DNA of 64,000 bases, from contig JAHLTZ010000028.1 of NCBI GenBank assembly GCA_025786725.1, positions 1 through 64,000 on the forward strand, in the 5' to 3' direction. Every line of letters begins with the position of its first letter. Within the stretch, counting starts at the first letter, position 1. The notes below the pieces were generated by a model. It was not told where the DNA came from and ran no database searches. It worked only from the letters and a program-made list of their open reading frames with translations. Source of the stretch: Syncephalis fuscata S228. Its lineage: Eukaryota > Fungi > Zoopagomycota. Position numbers and translations under genes: made by a program. This document shows positions 53,189-64,000 of the stretch, piece after piece.

Positions 53189-56100
53189 TTATGCTGTATT
53201 TACAAATAAAGATATTATATGTTATATAATTAATGAATAAGCCATCAATATACAATACTACTTACGGCCTATTAATATTAGTATATTGGTGTACACAATA
53301 CATGGTATATAATTAGCGCATAAACCAGAAATATACAATATAACTTACCTTCTATTATATTAAGATGTTGTTATACATGGTACATGGTGTAATTAATTTA
53401 TAGCAGAAATACACAATTCTACTTACGACCTATTAATATTAAGTTGTTGGCGCACATAGCACATCGTATACAATCAGTGGATGATCAATTAATATATAAT
53501 ACCACTTACAAACTATTAATATTAGACAATGAATACACATGGTGCATCGTATACAATTAGTGAATGGTCAATCAATGTGCAGTGCCACTTACAATCTATT
53601 ATATTGAGTTGTTGATACACACAACACATGGTATATAATTAGCCAACAGTCAATTAATATACAATATCACTTGCCTCCTATCATATTAAGTTGTTGATGT
53701 ATACAATACATGTTACATAATTAGTTAATAGTTAATCAATGCATAATACAACTTACTGTCTATTATATTAAGTTAATTCATACAATAAATAGCATGTAAT
53801 TATTTATAGTCAATTAATATACAATATCACTTACCATCTATCATATTAAGTTGTGATGTATACAATACACGTTATATAATTAGTCAATAGTAAATCAATA
53901 TATAATACAACTTACTACCTATTATATTAAATTATTGATGCACACAATGAATAGCATGCGGTTAGTGCATGATCAATCAATATACAATACCACTTACAAT
54001 CTGTTAGTTTGTTAACGCATACATTACATAGTGTATAATTAGTGTATAGTTCATTGATATACAACACCACTTACAATCTATTAATTTGTTAACATACACG
54101 GTACATAGCATGTGATTAGTATAGTCAGTTAATATACAATGTCACTTACCCCCTATTAATATTAAATAGTTGGTACAATCAATCAGTAGCATAGTTAATA
54201 TATAATTAATTAATACATAATACAACTTACGGCCTATCAGTATTATATAATCAGTACAATTAATCAATAGCATGTAGTTAGTAAGTAATCAATTAATACA
54301 TAATACAACTTACAACCTATTAATATTAAGTAATCGGCATCATCATTAAATAGCAAGTTAATGTATATTCAACAAATATACAATACCACTTACATTCTAT
54401 TAATATTAAATAATTGATATCATCAGTAAATATCATAGTTAATGTATAGTCAACTAATATACAATATCACAGGGGGGGACGTTGCTAGCCCAGTTGGTAA
54501 GGCAGCGTCTCCCGAGCTGAAGGCTCCGGGTTCAAACCTCAGTTTGAATCAATCCTTAAGTGGAAAATCCCCCCCCAGTTTTCTCTAGTTAACAAATTGC
54601 AAACCAGAACCCAAAAGTAGGTCCGGAAACAAGACCTTGACCAGAATAGTCGAGGAAAAACCCAATTGGGACCAACTTCAAGAGAATAGTGCTGTGTAGC
54701 ATTATTCAAAAAGAAGATGGCCCCCGTGTAAAATCTATATGGACCAGATTTTGCGCAAAAACGTGGCAGTCCACCCGTTAAAAGTTTGGAAAAGTCCAAA
54801 TATAGTGGGAAGCAGCGCAAATTCTTTAATTATGCGCAGCGGGGGCTCACAAGCTCTTCAAAATAAAATAAAATAAATAATATACAATATCACTTACTAT
54901 CTATTAATATTAAATAATTGGTATTATTAATAAATTGTATAGTTAATATATAGTCAACTAATATACAATACCACTTACTCCCTATTAATATTAAATAATT
55001 GGTATTATCAATGAATAGTATAGTTAATGTGAAGTCAGTTAATATATATTGATACTTACTGCCTATTAATATTAAATAAATAATACCACCAGTAAATAGC
55101 AATTAATATATAGTCAGTCGATATACAATACCACTTACTATCTATTAGTATTAAATAATTGTTACAATCAGTAAATAGTATGTGATTAGTAAATAACCAA
55201 TTAATACACAATACAACTTACAAACTATTAATATTAAATAATCGGTACAATAAATAAATAGTATAGTTAATATATATTCAGTCGATATACAATACAACTT
55301 ACGATCTATTAATATTAAGTAGTTGGTAAAGTCAGTAAATAGTATAGCTAATATATAGTTGATTAATACAATACCACTTACTCACTATTAATATTAAATA
55401 ATTAGTACAATCAATAAATAGCATAGTTAATGTATAGTCAGTTAATATACAATACCACTTACAGCCTATTAATATTAAATAATCAGTAAATCAGTAAATA
55501 ACACGTGATTAATGAGTAATCAATTAATATAAAATACCACTTACGCTCTGTTAATATTAAATAATTGGTACAATCAGTAAATAGCATAGTTAATGTATGT
55601 TCAGTCAATACATAATGCCACTTACTGCCTATTAATATTAAATAAATAATACCATCAATAAATGGCATAATTAACGCACAATCAGTTAATATACAATGCA
55701 ACTTACTGCCTATTAACGTTAAATTGTTAATCACAAAATATGCAATATGTAATTAGCTAATAGTCAGTTAATATACAATGCCACTTACATCCTATATCAT
55801 CAAGTTGTCGATACACATAATAAATAGTATGGTGTGAGTGCTAGTCAGTTAATATACAATCCAACTTACCATCTATGACATTGGATTATTGATAAACACA
55901 ATAAATCATATATAATTAGTGCATAGAAGTTAATATGCAATAAAAATTACCCCCTATTACAGGAAATTGTTAATACCATCAGTAAATAGCATAATTAATG
56001 TATAGTCAATCGATATACAATGCCACTTACTGCCTATTAGTATTAAGTTATTGATACACATAGTGCATAATATATAATTAGCTGGTGTTCAATTAATATA

Positions 56101-56861
56101 CAATAACTTACATTCTATTGATATTAAGTTGTTGATATACACGGTGCATGGTATAACATTAGTTTATAGTCAATTAATACATAATACACCTTACCCTCTA
56201 TGGCATTAAGTTGTTGATACACACAATACATGGTATATAATTAGTTTATAAGTTAGCAATATGTAATAGCACTTACGACCTATTATTATTAATTTGTTGA
56301 CACACATGGTGCATAACATGTAATTAGCTAATGTTTTGTTAATATACAATATAACTTACATTTCGCTAATATTAGGTTGTTAATGAACAGAGTATATGAC
56401 ATACTATTAGTATATGTTCTATTGACATGTAACACAACCTACCAGCTATTGATATTAATTTATTGATGCAACCAGTAAATAACGTAGTTGATATATAGTC
56501 AATTAATATGTGATATCACTTACAAACTATTAATAGTAAATAGTTGGTACAATTAGTAAATAGCATGTAATTAGTGAGTACTTGATTAATATAAAATACT
56601 ACTTACCTTCTATTAATAGTAAATGATTGGTACAATCAACAAATAGCATGTGATGATTAGTGCAGTCAGTTAGTACGCAACACAACTTACTGCCTATTAT
56701 AATCATGATTTAGGAATACTGTTAGTAAACAAAATTCTATGCTATATTTATTAACATTTCAACATACCACGACGAACTAAGGCTGGGTTAGCATCCACCA
56801 TGATTGTAGCGGCTATCAAAGCCACAATGATGGTGCAAACGACGGCAATGGAGAGCTTCAT
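53189..56861 (-). CDS. Micro-exon secreted Cys-rich peptide gene B, 40 exons: MKLSIAVVCTIIVALIAATIMVDANPALVRR-GKVSAKCQECRDGCSKRLNLYSRNKCCRDYCNDRDFCQGP
   Basis: Exon 1 56861-56768 (phase 1); 38 micro-exons: GCA AAG TTT CTG CGAAAT GTC AGG AAT GCA GGG ATG GAT GCA GCA AGC GCT TGA ATC TTT ATA GCA GGA ATA AAT GTT GCC GGG ATT ATT GTA ATG ACA GAG ATT TTT GTC AAG GCC; last exon CA-TAA 53193-53189; one GC donor (~53674). Confidence 0.85.
54471..54877 (+). mobile_element. tRNA-derived SINE, copy 2 (intronic, antisense to gene B)
   Basis: Box A TAGCCCAGTTGG, box B GGTTCAAACC, (AAAAT)n tail, perfect 16-bp TSD taatatacaatatcac at 54455-54470 and 54878-54893. Confidence 0.88.
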
Positions 56862-58741
56862 GATGATATTGATTTGTTAAGACAAACAAATAAAAGAAAT
56901 CGTAGAGTGTGGGTGGTATAAAGTGGAGAGTAGTGCGTGTATAGCAAGAAGTAGAGTGTAATGATGATATCGCAGTTGGTTGTGTGTATTTTGTGGACTA
57001 TTTATACTTATGATTATGCCGAAATGCTAGTATACTGCAGTATACGAGATATACCATTAATGTGTAATATGGACCAATAAAACAATCCAAACAATGGTTC
57101 GAGGTGTGCGTGTACTAATAGATTTATGGCGTGATGATATGCTCCCAGTCTTGGTTTCAACCTGCTCGGCATTTACAAAGATAGCGCGGTAATTCCAATG
57201 AGCAGTACATATGAGATAGAGACATGCACATTATCCTGTATTTTTTGCTACATGGTCTGACTATTTGGTGAAACAAGTATATTGTTTGTTTGTAAAAACG
57301 ATAATGATGCCTTCGCTGTTGCTTCTATCGAGTGACTCGGGCCCCAATATCTGCGTACATACAAATAGCGTACAACATTGACGCAAAAACAAGTTTAATG
57401 TATCAAAATGGTATTTTATACAGGTTTTACTGCTATATATAAGCCACTTATAACCCCTTAAATTATAAAGTGTGTTAATTGGTACATGCATACATTTCAT
57501 TCAAAACTATGCCCATTTTTATGGGGCAATCACTGCTTTGAATTTACAAATGCATCACATTCAGGCATCTCATGCTACATGTTGTTCAACTACCATCATT
57601 CAAATGGCGGCTAATTCTAACCACCTGAAACTGTCTATACAATAAGTACTGTTTGTATCATGATGCATCACAGCGTTTTGAGCATTGAAACATTCCAACA
57701 AGTCATTTCGTCATCAGTCTTCTGCTGTAAACTAGATTGCATCGGCTAAGCTACACGCAATGCAATATGCAGATACTAGACCATACGCAATAGAAAGTAC
57801 TAATCAAATACCAGCAGTTTCGAGTGCATAGTGGCAATAGATTGCATACCAATTGGTAATCATCCAAGGCCTAAGTGCTGCTCACATTTGTGAAACCACT
57901 TCCCTCAAGCAAGATGAAATATAGAAGAACAAGCCAAAGCAGAAACCAATAGAAAAACAATTAGCAGCTCAAAAGCTTACTGGCTTAGCTTATAGCAAAC
58001 TATTATCGGCATAGCATGTTAGACTGCGTTTATCAACAATCTAACTATTGATGATGCAACTAGAATATTAACGTTAAACCGAGATAACGCACAAAAAACA
58101 GATAGTTGTATATAGCATTTAATAAAGCTACAGGGAATATCTGTGTAATAGCGCAGTTATTTGTATAAAATTAAACTGATATTCATTAGCAATTAAATGA
58201 TACTTTATTATCGTTATAATTATAATACTAGCTATTTGTACGAACAAATATTTGCAAACACATTGCAAAATATAAAACATATGCTTGCACAGTCATAAGT
58301 CCATTCAATTATTACAAAGCTTGTCAATTGTTTGTCTAAACAAGATAATAACAATCATAGTACACAACTATTTACTATTAAAGTTAGTGGTCATCTTCAG
58401 TCTATCTTAAATATTGATTTAAACAAGCAAATTATCAACTTATTTTCCATATTATGTTAACGTTATTTTTTATCTATTATAATAATGGTGTATTATTTTT
58501 ATTTACATTTTGATTATATAGAACGATCCAGTAATTAACTGGCACAGGTTATGATTTCAAATAAAGCTCATTACAATAAAATAAGTACTAATAAAAATGC
58601 TATTTAATGTTTATTATACCAAAAATCATATAGCACTTTTATAATTAAAAACTATAAACAAAATATAGATACACCACAGTAGGATAGCCGATAATACTGG
58701 CCATTACACGGTATAATAGTCAGTAGTATATGGCATAGCAG

Positions 58742-58801
<60 letters not shown>
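58742..58801. repeat. (TAAC)15 microsatellite
   Basis: Perfect tetranucleotide run. Confidence 0.95.
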
Positions 58802-58802
<1 letters not shown>

Positions 58803-58867
58803 TCTATGCTTGCAATATAATACATTCATAATTCAATAAACAAAGTTTCTTTTATTCATCATTTTTA

Positions 58868-60780
58868 CTATTGCCAATTAGGCGTATCATAGGCAGAATA
58901 AACAATGGCCGAGTATGCACGTAACGTTTCTGTATTTGCTATCAACTATGAAATTAAATTCGTTAGCACCAAATAAGCAAAACCGATAGGCTACTTACAT
59001 CAAGGTATGGGTTGGGAACACCATTAAGTATTTCATGTACTTGATGGCTAATATCCGGCAGTAGTTTAGCCAGTGGTACTTGTTTTATCATAGCTTCCTC
59101 TTCGGTCGGTGTTAGTTCATGAATACCCGAGCTGGCCATTTTCAAAGCAGGTAATGGGTCGGGGAAATTCGATACCTGTAGTCGATTAAGTAGCATACCA
59201 AACGACTCATTAAGACAATGTGCCAATACAGTAGTAAAATCAGGACTATATTAACATCATTATTATCATTAAATCATAGTAACTATTAGACTAATGTTTA
59301 CATATCGTGTATACCCATCACTAACCTATCAATAAAGTCGCGAGTCTCGTCCAATAAACGACGTAAACCAGATGAAATTGGATTAACCGCCGTTGCAGCA
59401 TCTTCAATGATACCCGATTCCTGTAATACACAAAGCGTATCTTCCTCGTCATCAGGTAATAACATGGATCGAACGCTAATGTTATTATCAACTATAAGCA
59501 AAACTCGTAATAATGTAAATACAAATAACAAACATACCTATCAAAGAATGGCAATGGATGCTCAGAAGATATCGATGCAGCATCTTCAATTCGATCCCGT
59601 ATTTGATTAATCATTTTACTCAAATCCTTATAAGAGCAAGCCTGTCTGAGACCCACACTAGCAGTAAATAAACAAAAATAAATACAGCCATTAAGTATTT
59701 ATAAGTTAAGACTTACTCTCCAATGACGGCCGTAGTAGCCTCGCGTATTCTTTGTACACATGTATACCATCCTACATGCAATAGCCACCAGCTAAAACTA
59801 AGATAGTCACGCTCAGTATCGGTAGAAAGATTAGCATCGCTGTATTGCAGACGCATCTTAACCGATCCTTCAGCCTCTCGGCTCTCCTCAACTCCCGACT
59901 CGGCCACCGATGCCACGTAGATGTGTCGTCCCACAAGATTCAATTGCAGATGGGTCAACAATGTCAGCAAGGTAATTAGATATGTGGCAGTAATAGTACG
60001 AGTAAAAGCTTTAAATATATTAACTTAATATGATTGATGGCTCATAATAAACACTTACAGCGTATTTTTAATTCTTGCCATAACTCTGCTTTGGTAAGAC
60101 GATCTACAATTGTTTGTTTGTTTGTTTGTTTAATTAAATATTAACACTCCTATTAGCCTCCTACCTAATGGATGCTCCTCTATTGGTGGATCAATGGTAT
60201 TTTCTTCAATAAAACTAGCCGAAGCCATCTCATGACCATTATCACTGGCTGTGCTGCTGTTTGTTGCACTATGACCACCATCGCTTACTGTCGCTTCCCC
60301 GCCTTCTTTTCTCACCTTCTCGTCTGAAGCCTCACCCTCTTGACGTTCAGTCTTATCAACTTTTACAAAGCCACTTCCTGAAGCTGTTGATGCCGACATG
60401 GAGTGCGAGACATTTTGTCGATTGTTACGTAAACGCATAGTAATACCATCGACGTCAACTTCTGTATCCAGTTGCTCAATCAGCGCTGGTAAAAGTGCCA
60501 TTACTGTAAATAAACAATCATTTTGATTTTGTTCAAAGCGACGCTTTAAACTAATAGAATAGCCAGTATATAATATTGTTTCATTAGTAACCAAAGCAGA
60601 GTAGACTACTCTGTCAACCTACTCTGTTCGACGAGCCATTTCCTCAGACGAACTACGTTGAAAGTTCGCCAATTTATTACGTATAAACCTAGTCGTTCCA
60701 TAAATACCGCCTACCACACCAGCCGTGATCAGTAGGCCACGCTGGTGGCGTTTCGTGAAATCCCATATAGGTTGAAGCAT
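58868..60780 (-). CDS. PEX3: Peroxin-3
   Basis: WDFTKRHQRGLLITAGVVGG, LKRRFEQNQNDC, LTLLTHLQLNLVGR, YLSFSWWLLHVGW, LRRLLDETRD, VPLAKLLP. Confidence 0.93.
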
Positions 60781-60934
60781 CGCGAACCGAATAAAAGGAA
60801 AATAATCCTGGAGTGTGGCCATAGTCTACAAACTACGGCAACGTAAACCCGGTCTAATCACGTGACAATACTCGTATACTAATATGCGTCTATAACCATA
60901 TAACGATAAATGATTTATTATTATAATATGTTAT

Positions 60935-61531
60935 TTATTTTCTTGGTTTTCGCTTCTTCTTGCTGCGTAGACGTTTATCAGGCTTTGTAATAAGATAAGG
61001 ATTGACGCCTTGTCTAATTCATGGTTGATTTGTGTTATTACCAGTAGCTGCTATTATCAACGCGTCTATTATATTTACCTATACTTTTCAGTCCAATTAA
61101 GAATCCAGCGTCGCTGTTGTGGTGTAAATCCAAGTTCATGTCGCATTTCATTGGATGTTACAGTAAATAGATGTTGCCAATCCTATAATGTAAAGTTAGT
61201 TTAAACAAACGATACATCATAGCTTTGGTGAATAGAACCCGTAATATAATAACATAGTGACAGATATATATTTGTGTGTATTTAATATACAAGTTATTTA
61301 CCTTGATCTTCTCGCCTAGAGATTCACAGCCACGTCCAATGGCCGTTAGAAATGTTTTATGATCGGCAATTTTATCTACAAAACGCCTGTCAATAATCGA
61401 TCCAATGATCTTGTAGAATATTTACCGCGGGGCGCTGGAATTGGACGTGCCAGTTTGGTCGTGGATAAGGCACGCGTAAATACTGGGCGTGCCAGCTGCC
61501 GTGATAGCGACGAGATGGCCGTCCGAAACAT
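60935..61531 (-). CDS. FYV4: Mitochondrial ribosomal protein mS41 (IGR motif)
   Basis: Spliced MFRTAISSLSRQLARP...IPAPRG...KTFLTAIGRGCE...DWQHLFT...QRRWILNWTEKYRQG; missed by the ORF track. Confidence 0.85.
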
Positions 61532-61677
61532 AACAACGTGTCGTTGTAGATAGTCGTATATATAAAGAAATGAATAAAAAAGAGAATGAATTTAATTAAT
61601 GATCATAATAATGAAATAAAAATAGCCACTGCATCAATGTAGTAGCGTCATCATAACACTTTAGTATATTTGTCATC

Positions 61678-63049
61678 ATGGTAATATAATGACGGTAACC
61701 AAATAGTAATTACTCACTAGCATACACTAATAGGAACACAGAGGAGCCAAGGTTAAAGAAACCTCGACCGAGGAACAAAAGCAGAAGCGAAAGGAACGGG
61801 AATTGGCCCGTATAGCCGAGTACTGTCAGCTGAAAGACAAAGCTTTTGAACAAGCAAGTTGTTTTGCACAATAGTCTCCTACTATACTTACTATCTACTA
61901 GAAACGGCTTAATGTATTTGACGAAGAAGCTCTTCGTATGACAACACGTCTACTACACTGGCATCCAGACTTTTATACAATATGGAACTATCGTCGTCAA
62001 ATATTGATGGAACAATTTAAAGCAAGGTAATGTATTGTTATTGTCATTAGTGTGATATGGATTGAGACTAATCTATTATTATGCTCATTAGTGATGAAGG
62101 TAAACAGTCAGCTTGTGAGGCAGAATTGCGGTTAGTAGAAGATTTGGTGCGTAAACAGCCTAAATCCTACTGGATCTGGAATCATCGACGATGGGTGCTT
62201 GAAACGATACCTTGCGCCAATTGGCAACGCGAACTAGGACTAACCAGTCTTATGCTTGATCTGGACCAACGTAACTGTAAGATACTAAGATAGGGAGCTA
62301 TATCTATGTATATATGTATTGATAGAATATACTATGATTGGATAGTTCATGGATGGCAGTATCGCTATGCGGTGATTCGGCAATTACGCGATGAGAATCC
62401 AGGGCAAGACCAGCAACTTATTAAAGAAGAGCTGGCATATACAAAACAGAAAATCAGCCAAAGTTTTTCAAATGGTTCGGCATGGCATTATCGCGGTAAA
62501 TTACTACCCTTAGTGCTACAAGCAACTGAGGATACATTTCGACAAATGGAACTTATTAAAGAAGGCAAGTATAAGTGGTTATATTTTAATACACTAATAT
62601 ATTGTTTACTTAGAGTTTGATATGGTTCAATCGGCATTCTACACTGATCCTGATGATCAAAGTGCTTGGATTTATTATCGCTCATGGATCCAGTATTTGA
62701 ATGATCATCCAGATTTACCAGGATTACACGGTATTGAATTACTACGACGAGAAGCCGAGGTTATTCGTGAATTACTCTCGATTGAGCCTGAGGCCAAGTG
62801 TAAGTGGGTCATACAAGTTTATTACTTGTTTTAACCATCCTATGGACAACTATGGTTTATCGATTATTAGGGCCTCTATTAACGTTGCAACATTTAATGC
62901 AACAGTTACAGAAATGTAAGGCCACTACAGGCCAGGATAGCCAAGAATTGGAACAATTGTCAAGCACGTTAATTCAAGTCGATCCAATGCGTGCTAATCG
63001 CTATAAACATTTGGGACAGACTACTGTCGCTGCCCAAATGAATGAATAA
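61678..63049 (+). CDS. BET4: Rab geranylgeranyltransferase alpha subunit
   Basis: PPTA repeats PDFYTIWNYRR, PKSYWIWNHRRW, LDQRN.HGWQYR, SNGSAWHYR; FYTDPDDQSAW; VDPMRANRY. Confidence 0.92.
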
Positions 63050-63229
63050 AACTAAATGGTCATTTATTGTCAGTAGCTAGTCTTGATGTTTAATATATGA
63101 TACTGCGACTATTTAATATAATACAGCCTTTAATTCCAATAGCACATTATAATAAGATACTTAAAATACTTATAAAGTATTTATTTATTCTACTATTCTA
63201 CTATATAACAAGTGTAGTAGTAAGCAAAT

Positions 63230-64000
63230 TTAATCTGATGAACTACGAATAAATTTCAAAATAGCATCGTTGTATTCATCTGGCTTCTCCACGTGAATGC
63301 AATGGCCGCAGCCTCTAAACACCTTTAGCGGTGCCTGTAAGATTTCGGCAAGATATTCAGAATTGGTCGGTAAAATTAAATAGTTTATATTTCCAGTGCA
63401 AACAAGCACTTTTAGATTGCTATCTCGAATCTTGATTAGTTTCTTTTAGGTCATGTAGGGAATGCCAACAGCCTTGAACTGTGCTTGATAGCCTTTGTTT
63501 ATCCTAGCATAGTCATTGAGATCAGTTAAAAGCACCATCTGAATAAATATCATATATTGGATGTTAATGTTACAGTTAACAAACTGTATTGTATATTAAG
63601 CACCTCTAGTAAAAACTCTCAATTGGTTTTGGTGGGATCCATTCTTGATGAAGAATCTAACCATTGCTAAATACAATTATTATTAGTTAAATAATTTTGC
63701 ATTAAAGCACAGCAGCTTACGGTAGAGTAAACGTAATCTTGATTTTGCTTGAAACGTGTTACTGGATCTTGATGTCATGCATATTCTAAGCGTTTATTTG
63801 TATCTGAGTTCTAGATACGCTAAATTAACATAATTTATACAAAGCAGTAAATTGCCAATAGCTTATGGCTTTAATATACCTCTAAATTTTCAATAGTACG
63901 AAATATGCTTGTCAGGCACACGGACTCGAAGTATTGTGGATACTCGCTGGCCAATGCCTGTGAAATAAGTCCACCCATACTGGCTCCAATAAGATGTATG
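63230..64000 (-). CDS. Alpha/beta hydrolase, 5' part outside the window
   Basis: HLIGASMGGLISQ (GxSxG) and CGHCIHVEKPDEYN (catalytic His). Confidence 0.85.

Larger units (their letters stand above)
52897..58130. repeat. Tandem segmental duplication, unit B
   Basis: Collinear with unit A from 3' flank through promoter. Confidence 0.9.

Noticed and set aside
46200-56700. CRISPR array or plain satellite interpretation of the 81-bp repeats
   Set aside because: Eukaryotic context, no cas genes, variable part only 3 nt and bounded by splice signals; decodes to coherent peptides
58742-58801. Telomere-like repeat
   Set aside because: (TAAC)n is internal, short and similar to ttaa/ttag runs in nearby introns
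61321-61553. Repeated TGG(A/G)CGTG(C/G)C motifs as regulatory sites, and the + strand 64-aa ORF
   Set aside because: Explained by FYV4 coding sequence on the minus strand (LARP repeats, IGRG)

Overview
Eukaryotic, intron-rich, AT-rich DNA that looks like an early-diverging fungus (short GT-AG introns, one U12-type AT-AC intron, PRAS40-like and CKAP2-like genes; the lineage is my inference). About 20 ordinary genes are recognisable: bZIP, TXNDC17, two 2/2-globin genes, FYRN/FYRC, FAS1, RSAD1/HemW, HAD CTD phosphatase, CCCH finger, cytochrome b5 reductase-like, phytochelatin synthase, PEX3, FYV4, BET4 and an alpha/beta hydrolase. Main finding: the two ~81-bp 'satellite' arrays at 46.2-49.2 kb and 53.2-56.7 kb read on the minus strand as (intron)-AG/NNN/GT-(intron). 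They are two paralogous secreted-peptide genes whose mature part is encoded almost one codon per exon (33 and 38 micro-exons, all 3 nt except one 6-nt exon each). Splicing them by hand gives two stop-free prepropeptides (signal peptide + RR) sharing an exact C-X3-C-X12-C-X3-C scaffold but almost no other mature residues. Each gene carries a tRNA-headed SINE in a different intron, at the same position within the repeat unit. The 10-22 kb region holds nested inverted and direct duplications associated with a MITE family. All gene models were derived by eye; there is no transcript evidence.
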